Shown here: positions 11,249 through 21,915 of the stretch, in pieces | How the letters are laid out: the number at the start of each line of letters is the position of its first letter | Position numbering within the stretch: position 1 is the stretch's first letter | Assembly (NCBI GenBank): GCA_963816675.1 | Contig: CAWFLS010000003.1 | Span: forward strand, 100,815 to 164,814 | Source of the DNA: an uncultured Chloroflexia bacterium | Lineage (GTDB): Bacteria; Chloroflexota; Limnocylindria; Limnocylindrales; CSP1-4 | Direction: 5' to 3' | DNA: 64,000 nt | The notes under the pieces: model-generated | Database searches by the model: none | The model's input: the letters and a program-made list of their open reading frames with translations, nothing else | Told to the model about the DNA's origin: nothing | Position numbers and translations under genes: made by a program

Positions 11249-11404
11249 ATGAAGGCACTCAAGACCGTCGCGGTCGCACTGGGGATCACCCTCGGCGCAC
11301 TCATCGTCATCCCGCTCGCGGTGCTCGCCGGGCTGTTCGTCTGGCTGAAGCTGACCGAAGAGGCCGATGAGGAGATCCTCGAGCTCGACCAGGAAGGCGC
11401 CTGA
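11249..11404 (+). CDS. Small hydrophobic protein of 51 aa
   Basis: ATG is preceded by the ribosome-binding site GGAGGT. The product is MKALKTVAVALGITLGALIVIPLAVLAGLFVWLKLTEEADEEILELDQEGA: one transmembrane helix and an acidic tail. It is too short to appear in the ORF track. Confidence 0.35.
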   Translation: MKALKTVAVALGITLGALIVIPLAVLAGLFVWLKLTEEADEEILELDQEGA

Positions 11405-11583
11405 TCCCCGACGACGGGACACCCGCCGCGAGAGAGACGCCCGCCGGACCGGCGGGCGTCGAAGTTTCCGGCGCTCCTCGTCCGATCTCCGTCACGACAG
11501 CCGCTCGACGTCGGCCGGTCGCCGCTGCGAGACCTGGGACAGCCCGCGACCGCCGTCTCGCGGAGATCGGCGTCCTCGTCGTC

Positions 11584-12480
11584 ATGGTGTTCTGGGCCGG
11601 CAACTTCATCGTCGTCAAGGGCGCGGTCGGTGTCCTGCCGCCGGTCGGGTTCACGTTCCTGCGCTACTGCCTCGCCTCGGTGACGCTGCTCGCCCTGCTG
11701 CGCTGGCGCGAGGGTTCGTTCCGGCTACCGCGCGGAGACATCGTGCCGGTCTTCCTTCTCGGGGCGATCGGGTTCGGCTGCTACCAGATGCTGTGGACCG
11801 TGGCTCTCCAGACGATCCCGGCAGGCGATTCCGCGCTGCTCATCGCGGCGACGCCAGTGATGACGGCTCTCCTCGCGATGGCGGTCGGTGCTGACACCCC
11901 AAACTCGGTGAAGGTCGCGGGCGCCCTGACGTCTCGTTCCTGGGCGTCGGCGCTCGTCATCGCCGCAGGCCAGGGCCTGGTGCTCGGCGCATCGCTCATC
12001 GGTGACGGTCTGACGCTGCTCGCGGCGGCATGCTGGGCGATCTACACCGTCTTCGGCTGCAGGCATCCTGCGGCGGCACTCGCCGCTCGTCACATCGACC
12101 TGGGCGCTCGTCGCCGGAACGATCTGCATGGCTCCGGTCGGCATCGGGCAGCTCGCGACGACGGACCTTTCGGTCATCGGACCCGGCGTGCTCTTCGCGA
12201 TCTTCTACGCCGGCGTGCTCGCGGCCGGGCCCGCGAACGTCGTCGTCCTCCAGGGCGTCAAGGTCCTCGGACCGACCTGGGTGACCGCGCTGCAGTTCCT
12301 GGTCCCGCCGCTCGCGGTCGTCATGGCCGCGGTCTTCCTGTCCGAGCCGATCCGCCCCGAGCCAGGTCGTCGGTGGCGCCGTGATCCTCGCCGGCGTCGC
12401 GCTGCTGCGCCGCGGCACGTGGCCGGGCCAGCCGTCGCGCGGGTCGCGGGTCCAGGCGCCCGAGCCCGCGCGCGTGATCG
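11584..12480 (+). CDS. EamA/DMT-family transporter, with frameshifts; the ends are approximate
   Basis: The N-terminal EamA repeat reads VVMVFWAGNFIVVKGAV..LRY and continues through several hydrophobic helices. The second EamA repeat is in the frame of 12128-12577 (VLFAIFYAGVLAAGPANVVVLQGVKVLGPTWVTALQFLVPP). The C-terminus is in the frame of 12381. Confidence 0.65.
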
Positions 12481-12489
12481 AGGCCGACG

Positions 12490-13298
12490 ACGGGCTCGCG
12501 CCGCCGATCCCTCCGCTCGTCGGCGGGCGCACCGCCGCTCGCGATCCTCGTCGACTACGACGGCACCATCGCCCTGACCGACGTGTCCGACACCGTCATG
12601 GCCGAATACGTTTCGGGCGGCTGGGAGGCCGAGGCCGCCGCGTACGACGCCGGGCTCATCGGCTCGCGGCGGCTGATGACCCTCGAGATGTCGATGGTCG
12701 ACGCCGACCCGGCGGCGTTGCTCGCGACGGCGGCCGCCCAGCCGCACGACCCGGGGTTCGTGCCGTTCGTCCGACGTGCCCAGAGCGCCGGGATCCCGGT
12801 CGAGGTCGTCTCGGACGGGTTCGGGTTCTTCATCCGCCCGGCGCTCGAGCAGCCTCGGCGTCGACGGAGCTGCCCGTCGTCACGGCGCGGACGACGTTCA
12901 CCGGCCGGCGCGGCCGCGATCGAGGTACCCGAACGGCAACCCCGACTGCCTCGTCTGCGGGACGTGCAAGCGGAACCGCGTCCTCGCGCATCAGGCAGCC
13001 GGCCGAGCCGTCGTGTTCATCGGCGACGGCGAGAGCGATCGATACGCGGCCGGCTACAGCGACGTCGTCTTCGCGAAGCGGGCGCTCGTCCGCATCTGCG
13101 TCGAGGCCGGCTGGGCCGTTCCGGCGATGGACCGAATTCGCCGAGATCGAAGCGTGGCTCGCCGAGACGCTCGCGGCGTGGGAAGCCGATCCGGCGACTC
13201 TCGTCGTGCCCGACGCCGCCGGCCGTTCTTCTGCGGCCCTGAGGTCTGGGGCGAGGGCCTCGATCGATCCGCCACCCGGCGCCTGGCCGCCCGGATAG
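12490..13298 (+). CDS. HAD-superfamily hydrolase (subfamily IB-like), with frameshifts
   Basis: The DxDGT motif LAILVDYDGTIALTD is followed by ...VVFIGDGESDRYAAGYSDVVFAK (the second HAD aspartate motif) and a CLVCGTCKRN Cys cluster. The pieces are in the frames of 12583-13242, 12776-13384 and 12381-13298. Confidence 0.55.
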
Positions 13299-13318
13299 AC
13301 GCGAGGACGAGCGCGAAT

Positions 13319-13907
13319 TCAGCCCCAGCGTTCCCAGTGAGCGAAGTCCTCGAACGGGACCCAGCCGCGCTTCAGGCTCGGTGAGCGGACGTCGGGCAAC
13401 GGACGCCCCACCGGCATCACGCCGATCGGGACGAACTCGTCGGGGATGCCGAGGTAGGCGCGAAGGCCTTCGATGTCTGGCCCGACGAAGCCGCAGCCAA
13501 GCCCCTCGTTCACGGCCGCCAGCATGATGTTCTGCATGGTGGCGCCGATATCGATCCACCAGAACGGCACCGGCCACTCGATCTCCGAGCCGTCGTCGCC
13601 GACCTTGTCGGCCTCCTGGTAGCGGCGGTGATAGATCGACTCGCTGACGCACGGGATGTACTGGGCGGCACATTCGCTGATCCACGGCCCGAAGTCGGCG
13701 ACCATCTCCTCCTGGCCGGAGATGCGGGCGACCTCGCGGCGAGCGCGCAGGCTCGGTGACGACGATCAGTCGCTGGCCCTGGCTGAACCCGGCCGATGGC
13801 GTCCGCTGGGCGAGGCGCGCGATCCGCTCGAGGACGTCGCGCTCGACGCCACCCTCCTCGAACCGCCGCACGGCGCGGCGCTTCATCACGACATCGATGA
13901 ACTCCAT
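13319..13907 (-). CDS. Nitroreductase-family protein, with a frameshift near 13730
   Basis: The N-terminus is MEFIDVVMKRRAVRRFEEGGVERDVLERIARLAQRTPSAGFSQG (ORF 13017-13907). The C-terminus is ORF 13319-13705 (WWIDIGATMQNIMLAAVNEGLGCGF). Confidence 0.7.
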
Positions 13908-14097
13908 CTGGCTCTCCTCATGCGCCTTGTCGCTGCGGTCAAACGCCCGTCTGGGACACTTCGATGAACGTTTCGCGCCCCGGAAACGTCAATACATATG
14001 GGACAGCGCGAGGGCCGGAACGGAACCATCCGACCCTCGGGGGGCACATATCGGTAGGAGCGGCGACGCCGTCGCCGCTCAGATCGGAGGGACAGGA

Positions 14098-15138
14098 ATG
14101 CGGAGATCGAATCACACCGCGACCAGGCGGACCATCGACCGACGGCTTGGCGTTTTCATCCTGGCTTTCGCACTCCTCGCCGCGACGACGCAGCAGGTCG
14201 TCGCCGCGTCACCACCGGCCAATGACTCCGTCAGCGCCGCGACGCCGCTCACGCTCGACGTGCCGGTCGAGTTCGACTCGACCAACGCGACGATCGCCGC
14301 GACGGATCCGACCGACTGCAACGGCTCACACGGGCCGTGGCCCGGTCCGTACCACGCATCCGTCTGGTTCACCTTCACGGCGAAGACGAACGGCCAGTAC
14401 TCCGTCAGCGCGCCGACGATGCAGGGGACCGCGACGGACTTCCTGGCCATCAGCTTCGTCTATCTGAAGACCGGGTCCGGGCTGACGCTGGTGGATTGCA
14501 CGGCATTCGGGAACGACGCGTCCTGGCCGGCCAAGAACGGTCAGACGTTCCTGATCATGGAAGCCGGCCTCGACTCTTCGGTGACCGACGACACCGAGTT
14601 CTCCGACCGCGGGGGCCACGGGACGATCGTGATCAGCCGGGCGGCGAACGCGAACCACTATCACTACCGCGACTTCTTCACGTTCAGCGACTGTGGCCCG
14701 ACCGTCGTCGGCACGAACGAGAGTATGGGTCAGTTCCGGCTCAAGGCCGGCCGTCACGGCGACCCGACGCCGTACTACTTCGACAACTACGAGTGGCACA
14801 CCGTCTACACCAACCCTGCGAACGGGAAGTGGTTCCGCGAAGACGGCCAGGGCCTCTATCGCGATCTCCACATCACGAATGTCGAAGGCACGGTCTATAC
14901 CTTCGTGTCGCAGGAGGTCGGCCGGCCGTACACCCTGACCGACATGAACGGAAATCGCCTGTTCATGGATCGCGGCCGCCTCCTCACGACCTTCCAGGTC
15001 GACACGAAGGGCGACGACGACCTGTCGAACGACGAGTTCATCGACGGCAGCTTCCAGCTGCTCGACGAGAACGGCGCCCATCCGGGGTACTTCTTCGACG
15101 GCGATTTCTGCGAGATCGTCCAGGACTTGCTGGGCTGA
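14098..15138 (+). CDS. Secreted hypothetical protein whose N-terminal domain is paralogous to the C-terminal domain of the protein at 53173-54611
   Basis: Internal start MRRSNHTATRRTIDRRLGVFILAFALLAATTQQVVAASP is a signal peptide. The domain PANDSVSAATPLTLDV...CNGSHGPWPGPYHASVWFTFTAKTNGQYSV...DCTAFGND follows. No catalytic motifs were recognised. Confidence 0.6.
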   Translation: MRRSNHTATRRTIDRRLGVFILAFALLAATTQQVVAASPPANDSVSAATPLTLDVPVEFDSTNATIAATDPTDCNGSHGPWPGPYHASVWFTFTAKTNGQYSVSAPTMQGTATDFLAISFVYLKTGSGLTLVDCTAFGNDASWPAKNGQTFLIMEAGLDSSVTDDTEFSDRGGHGTIVISRAANANHYHYRDFFTFSDCGPTVVGTNESMGQFRLKAGRHGDPTPYYFDNYEWHTVYTNPANGKWFREDGQGLYRDLHITNVEGTVYTFVSQEVGRPYTLTDMNGNRLFMDRGRLLTTFQVDTKGDDDLSNDEFIDGSFQLLDENGAHPGYFFDGDFCEIVQDLLG

Positions 15139-15154
15139 ATTCCCTGTCACCGAC

Positions 15155-15180
15155 GGGCCGGCGTCTCGCGACGCCGGCCC
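15155..15180 (+). terminator. GC-rich hairpin immediately after the 15138 stop; a candidate intrinsic terminator
   Basis: A perfect 11-bp stem gggccggcgtc/gacgccggccc with the loop tcgc. There is no U-tract, which is common in high-GC actinobacteria. Confidence 0.4.
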
Positions 15181-15558
15181 GTGGGGGCTCGGCGCTTCCT
15201 GCTCATGAATGCCGGCTTCTTCGAAGTCGATTGCGACAAGGTCAAGACGGTCTGCACCGACGCCGAGATCGCCGAGGAGCGGGCCGTGTCGGAAGCGGGT
15301 CTCGGCACGTCAACCAAACCACGTCGCCACCGGACGGCGTTACGTTACGTCGTCATGCTCTCGACAGTCGCACGGTGTGGAAGCACCACGGAATACGCGG
15401 CCGTATCTACCCATTCCTTTGAGGCGTGGGCACGCGAGCTCGCCGGTCGCACGCGTTCTGGGCGTTTCGTGGAGGTTGATGGCCCCCACACGATCTTCGA
15501 GGGTCCCGTGCCGGAGGCAATGGTCGAGTTCAACCGCCTCCTCGATGGCGTGCGCTAG
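15181..15558 (+). CDS. Hypothetical ORF of 125 aa; family not recognised
   Basis: The ORF has reasonable GC3. No homology was recognised. The coding status is uncertain. Confidence 0.2.
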   Translation: MGARRFLLMNAGFFEVDCDKVKTVCTDAEIAEERAVSEAGLGTSTKPRRHRTALRYVVMLSTVARCGSTTEYAAVSTHSFEAWARELAGRTRSGRFVEVDGPHTIFEGPVPEAMVEFNRLLDGVR

Positions 15559-15726
15559 AGAACGCGCCCGGTTCTGGTCCGGGTCGGGGCGTAGCCCTCC
15601 ACGGAACGGACACCCTCGCATGACACGAGTGCCATGCGTGCCCGGCAAGAACCGGAGAGACACGTCCGAGACATCGTCGCCCATGACGTCTGGGACACTT
15701 GGCCCGTCTCCGTGCATCTGTGGGGT

Positions 15727-16269
15727 ATGGTGGCCGAACTCTCGACCTCGGGCCTGATCCCAGCGGCGACGGTCGCGGACGCGATCGCAGGCGACACGAT
15801 GGCGTTCGCCCGCATCGTCCGCGCCCACCACGACGACATGGTCCGCGTCTGCCAGCTCATCTGCGGTGACCCGGAACTCGCCCAGGACGCCGCTCAGGCC
15901 GCCTGGCCGATCGCCTGGCGCAAGCTCGGCAGCCTGCGCGATCCGGACAAGCTCCGGCCGTGGCTTGTGAGCATCGCTGCCAACGAGGCGCGTCAGATGA
16001 TCCGCCGCCTGCACCGCGCCCGCGTCGTCCCGATCGAGGTCGCCGACGTGGGCTCGGACGCCGCCGATCCGGCGTGGCGGTCCGCGGATGACGAGCTCGT
16101 GTCGGCGATCCGCCGGTTGCCCGAGGAGGACCGGACACTGATCGCGCTCCGCTACGTCTCCGGCTTCGACGCGTCCGAAATCGCTTCGGTCCTCGGCCTA
16201 TCGCCGAGCGGCGTTCGGACCAGGCTATCGCGGGTCGTGGCCCGACTCCGCCAGGAGGTGGAGCGATGA
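15727..16269 (+). CDS. ECF (sigma-70 family) RNA polymerase sigma factor
   Basis: Region 2 reads FARIVRAHHDDMVRVCQLICGDPELAQDAAQAAWPIAWRKL...WLVSIAANEARQ. Region 4 reads LPEEDRTLIALRYVSGFDASEIASVLGLSPSGVRTRLSR. Its stop overlaps the start of the downstream gene (ATGA). Confidence 0.8.
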   Translation: MVAELSTSGLIPAATVADAIAGDTMAFARIVRAHHDDMVRVCQLICGDPELAQDAAQAAWPIAWRKLGSLRDPDKLRPWLVSIAANEARQMIRRLHRARVVPIEVADVGSDAADPAWRSADDELVSAIRRLPEEDRTLIALRYVSGFDASEIASVLGLSPSGVRTRLSRVVARLRQEVER

Positions 16270-17525
16270 CGGACACCATCTTCGAGGCGCGCCTCGAGCG
16301 CGCCGCACAGCGCTACGCCGACGAGGCCGTCCGCCCGATCGACGCCGTCGCGATCGCCACCAGGGCGATGCGGATCCGAGCCGTCGACGAGGGAGCGCCG
16401 CGGTCGACGTCCCGCTGGGCCGGGGCCCGGACCGCGCTCGCCGCGATCGCGACCCTGGTCGTTGCCATCGCCCTCGTGTCCTTCGTCGTGCCCCAACTGT
16501 GGTCGAACATCGGCCGGCCCGCGCCGTCGCCGTCGCCTTCCCCGACCGAATTCCCCGCCGTGACGGCGACGCCATCGGTCGAGCCCGGCGCGGTCGGCAA
16601 CGGCGGGACGTGGCTCGCGGACAAGCCCGACAACCTCTCGTTCGAGACGCCGTCCGGGCCCGCCCGCATGGGGTTCACGCTGGCGACGCCCGGCCTGGTT
16701 GTCGCGATCGACATCACGTCCGGCCGGTCCGGACTCCTCCGGTCTGGCCTGGGCAGCGACAGCACCGGAAACATGCTGGTGACGACCATCGACGCGGTCC
16801 CAGAAACCCAGCAGGTCGTCGTCGACGGGACGCCCTTGGCGGCATGCGTCGTGGGCGACGAGGGCCACTACGAGTCGACGGTAACCCCCGACGGGATGCT
16901 CCTGACGCTCACCGCCGTCAGTGACGACTGCCCGTCTCGCCAGGCCGTGTTCGCTCGCACGTGGAGCCGCTCACTGGGCGTCCCGGGCGGTGGCGGCGGG
17001 GTCGGCGTCGTCGACGCATTCGAGCCACTGTTCACGGTCGAGCTTCCAACAGGCAACTATCAGATCGACCGCGGGGCGGATGCGATGACCATCCACCAGG
17101 ACCTGCCCGAGTTCCAGTTCCTGTCGTTCAAGAACCCCCAAGGGTTCCTCGATCCGTGCGATCGCTCCAAGGGGCGTTACGACATCGCCCCCGGAGCAGA
17201 TTCCATCGTTGCCTACTTCCAGCAGCTTGACGGGTTCACGGTCGACTCCACCGAGGAGCTCACGGTGGATGGCCTCCGTGCCGTCAAGCTCGTCGTTCAC
17301 GCGAACGACGCCTCCTGTCCGGACGGGAGGCTCTGGGAGTGGCAGCCAAAGGCAGAGACGTCGGACCTTGCCTGGTTCGTGCATCCGGGCGTGACCGACA
17401 GTCTTTACATCGTCGAGCACCCGAAAGGGACGCTGATGTTCGAGACACTGCCCGCACCCAACGCGCTCGAACAAGAGGTGATCGGCACGATCCACTTCCT
17501 GGACGCCCTGCCAACAAGCCCCTGA
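16266..17525 (+). CDS. Anti-sigma factor: single-pass membrane protein with a large extracytoplasmic domain
   Basis: It is translationally coupled to the ECF sigma gene. A cytoplasmic N-terminus of about 60 aa is followed by a transmembrane helix (ALAAIATLVVAIALVSFVV), a Pro/Ser linker and an extracellular domain of about 330 aa. Confidence 0.65.
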   Translation: MTDTIFEARLERAAQRYADEAVRPIDAVAIATRAMRIRAVDEGAPRSTSRWAGARTALAAIATLVVAIALVSFVVPQLWSNIGRPAPSPSPSPTEFPAVTATPSVEPGAVGNGGTWLADKPDNLSFETPSGPARMGFTLATPGLVVAIDITSGRSGLLRSGLGSDSTGNMLVTTIDAVPETQQVVVDGTPLAACVVGDEGHYESTVTPDGMLLTLTAVSDDCPSRQAVFARTWSRSLGVPGGGGGVGVVDAFEPLFTVELPTGNYQIDRGADAMTIHQDLPEFQFLSFKNPQGFLDPCDRSKGRYDIAPGADSIVAYFQQLDGFTVDSTEELTVDGLRAVKLVVHANDASCPDGRLWEWQPKAETSDLAWFVHPGVTDSLYIVEHPKGTLMFETLPAPNALEQEVIGTIHFLDALPTSP

Positions 17526-17570
17526 CCCGCCGCCTTGGCGGATCGGACGACCACCTTGGAGGTACCAGTC

Positions 17571-18189
17571 ATGCTCCGTCGCGCCCTTCGCATCCGCAAG
17601 CCGGTTCTCCTGCCCATCCTGATCGGCGGGCTGCTCGCGCTCGCGTCGGTCTCGCCTGCCGTGGCGGCACCGCCTTCGACCCAGGATCTCGAATCCGGCG
17701 CCGCCGGACTTCTACACCTGCAACGCCGTCGGCACCGGCACGATCTGTCGGGCCCACACCGTCGAGCCGTACTCGGCCGAGCCCACTGGCATCGTCTGCG
17801 GATCCGGCGCGGCGAGCGTCGAGATCCTCGACAACGGCATCCGCGACATCCGCGCGATCCGGTGGTACGACCGTGACGGCAACCTGGCACGGCGCCTCCG
17901 GACGTTCCTATTCCGGGACGCCTATCTCAGCAACCCGACCACCGGCCGGACGCTCCGGTACAGCCAGCACAACGCCGACGATGAGGTTCTGGGCGTCCCG
18001 GGCGACCTCGCCTCGGCCACGCTGTCGAGCAGCGGCCACCTGTCGATCACGGCGCCCGGGTTCGGACCCGTGCTGATGGACACCGGCCACTTCGTGGTCG
18101 GCCCGGAGGGCGACGTCCTCGCCCATTCCGGCGTCTCGCGGCTTGACGTCGACGCCCTGTGCGCGGCACTAGGCACGCCGAACGGCTAG
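17571..18189 (+). CDS. Secreted hypothetical protein, with a frameshift near 17695
   Basis: The signal peptide is MLRRALRIRKPVLLPILIGGLLALASVSPAVAAPP. After a +1 shift the translation stays open and codon-biased: ...DFYTCNAVGTGTICRAHTVEPY...GFGPVLMDTGHFVVGPEGDVLAHSG...ALGTPNG*. Confidence 0.5.
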
Positions 18190-18317
18190 GGAGCTGGGTC
18201 CGGCGCGATCGTCATCGGTCGCGTCGGACTGTCACTCCGCGGCCTCGGTAGCCATCGGTGGCCCGCGTCGCGCCGCCTCGGCCGCCGCGAGCAGGTCCTC
18301 GACGTCGAGATGCTCGG

Positions 18318-18518
18318 TCACATCTCCCCGAGGCGGCGCAGCAGTTCGGCGTCCTCGTGGATGATCGTCGCGAGGTGGTCGTCCCTCCGCCGGGCGCGCG
18401 CGTCACGTACTCGTCGATCGCGGTCCGGGCGACTTCCTGCATCGATCGGTGCTCGCGCCTGGCGGTCTCGCGCAGGGCCTCGGTCTTCGCGGGCGGTCAG
18501 GCGAAGCGTCATCGGCAT
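18318..18518 (-). CDS. Ribbon-helix-helix (CopG/antitoxin-like) protein, with a frameshift
   Basis: It reads MPMTLRLTARED, then after a one-base correction EALRETARREHRSMQEVARTAIDEYVTRA. This is the RHH beta-strand plus two helices. Confidence 0.4.
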   Translation of the reverse strand: MPMTLRLTAREDRGPARDRQARAPIDAGSRPDRDRRVRDARARRRDDHLATIIHEDAELLRRLGEM

Positions 18519-18591
18519 CGTGCCGATGATACCGGTCGGTATCAGCGGAGTCAAGCGCGCCCGATTCGACGGGGCATGGCCCAGCGGGTAG

Positions 18592-20346
<1,755 letters not shown>

Positions 20347-20379
20347 TGACCTCGCGTTCACGCCGTCCCTCGGAGTTCG

Positions 20380-21027
20380 AGCCCTCGGCGGCTTCGGCAC
20401 GTCGATCGCCGTTGGCGGCCGCCCTCGGTGCGGCCGCCTGGACGCACGGACCAGCTCGGCTTTCCCGTGGACGGCTCTGCTGCCGTTCAATGCCATCGGC
20501 GCCTGGGTCGCGGTCGCGTTCGCGCTCGGCGCATCCGCCCGGACGATCCCGACAGGTGCCTTGCGCGGCGTGATCGGGCTCTTGTCCGCGGTCGCCGCGT
20601 ATTACGTCTTGAACGCACTGTTCTCGGTTCGCGGGTTTCGGGCGATCGGTGCGTCGCACGCGGCGACGGTGTGGGGAGCGGTGGCGCTGCTCGCCGGCCC
20701 GGCATTCGGGTGGCGGGTTCCGCGTGGCGGCACGGGAGCGGCTGGCCGCGGGCGATCGGAGTGGCGGCGTCTGTCGGCGGCGCTCATCGCCGAGGGGCTC
20801 GTGTTCGGGGCGCAGCGGCTCGTCCACATCGGTCAGCTCGCGCAACGATCCGGGCGCGATCGTCCTCGCGGTGGAGATCGGTGCTTGGCCTCGCGTTGCC
20901 GTGGTTGCTGCTGCGCCGCGGCGAGCGTCGCGCCGGGTACGCGGCGGTCGTCGTCCTGGCTGTCGTCGCTGCCGTCGCGATCGGTCCGTTGACGTCGATG
21001 CTACGGGGACTGGCAGACCGCTTCTGA
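20380..21027 (+). CDS. Hypothetical integral membrane protein, with a frameshift
   Basis: Several hydrophobic helices (LPFNAIGAWVAVAFALGA, VIGLLSAVAAYYVLNALF, ATVWGAVALLAGPAF, LALPWLLL...AAVVVLAVVAAVAIG) are spread over two frames (ORFs 20321 and 20428). Confidence 0.35.
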   Translation, partial: SPRRLRHVDRRWRPPSVRPPGRTDQLGFPVDGSAAVQCHRRLGRGRVRARRIRPDDPDRCLARRDRALVRGRRVLRLERTVLGSRVSGDRCVARGDGVGSGGAARRPGIRVAGSAWRHGSGWPRAIGVAASVGGAHRRGARVRGAAARPHRSARATIRARSSSRWRSVLGLALPWLLLRRGERRAGYAAVVVLAVVAAVAIGPLTSMLRGLADRF

Positions 21028-21084
21028 CCCCGTCGCATCTCGCGTCGTAGACTCGGGGGCAATCGCACCACATGGGAGCCCCCG

Positions 21085-21915
21085 ATGAAGATCTTCCTTG
21101 ACACAGCAGACATCGAAGAGATCAAGACAGCGGCCCGCTGGGGCATCCTCGACGGCGTCACGACCAACCCGACCTTGTACGCCAAGGTCGGCGGCTCATA
21201 CGACGACATCCTGACCGAGGTCTGCAGGATCACGCCCGGTCCCGTGTCGGCCGAGGTCGTGGCCGACGACGTTGAAGGAATGCTCGAGGAGGGTCGCAAG
21301 TTCGCGAAGCTCGCGCCGAACATCGTCGTCAAGGTCGCGATGAGCGAGGCAGGCCTCGAGGCGATCAGCCGGTTCGCCGAGGAAGGGATCAAGACGAACT
21401 GCACGCTGATCTTCTCGACGAACCAGGGTTTTCTTGCCGCGAAGGCCGGCGCGTCTCTGATCTCGCCGTTCGTCGGCCGGCTGGATGACATCAACCAGGA
21501 CGGCATGACCGTCGTCCGCGAGCTGGCCGAGATCTTCGCCATCCACGAGATCGAGTCGGAGGTGCTCGCGGCGTCGATTCGCACGCCGCTTCACATGACG
21601 CAGGCTGCGCTCGCGGGTGCGCACGTCGCGACGCTGCCGTTCAAGGTCCTCCAGCAGATGGTTCGGCATCCGCTCACCGACAAGGGCATCGTCCAGTTCA
21701 AGAAGGACTGGGAAGGCGCTCGAGCGGCGGCAGCCGCAAAGGCTGATCCGGCGGGCGCGTCGCGGCGGGTGCAGTGCCGCCCGCGAACCCTGAACGGCAG
21801 CCCCGTTCCCCACGGAACGAGCGGCCCCTGGCCCGTGCGGCCGTCAGGCGATCGCGCGGTGGAGTCGCCGGAAGATCGGTCGAAAGCCGAGCCGCGGCCA
21901 GGCGCGACTCGATAG
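21085..21915 (+). CDS. tal: Transaldolase/fructose-6-phosphate aldolase, short form; the true stop may be earlier, near 21750
   Basis: MKIFLDTADIEEIKTAARWGILDGVTTNPTL...IVVKVAMSEAGLEAI...NCTLIFSTNQ...ISPFVGRLDD is a full-length match to short Tal/FSA enzymes. The 3' tail of the ORF overlaps the convergent GNAT gene. Confidence 0.8.
   Translation: MKIFLDTADIEEIKTAARWGILDGVTTNPTLYAKVGGSYDDILTEVCRITPGPVSAEVVADDVEGMLEEGRKFAKLAPNIVVKVAMSEAGLEAISRFAEEGIKTNCTLIFSTNQGFLAAKAGASLISPFVGRLDDINQDGMTVVRELAEIFAIHEIESEVLAASIRTPLHMTQAALAGAHVATLPFKVLQQMVRHPLTDKGIVQFKKDWEGARAAAAAKADPAGASRRVQCRPRTLNGSPVPHGTSGPWPVRPSGDRAVESPEDRSKAEPRPGATR

Noticed and set aside
21844-21915. Overlap of 72 nt between the 3' tail of tal and the convergent GNAT gene
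   Set aside because: This is most likely an annotation artefact. The true tal stop is probably earlier, since short Tal enzymes end about 50 residues before this. It is unlikely to be a real antisense overlap.
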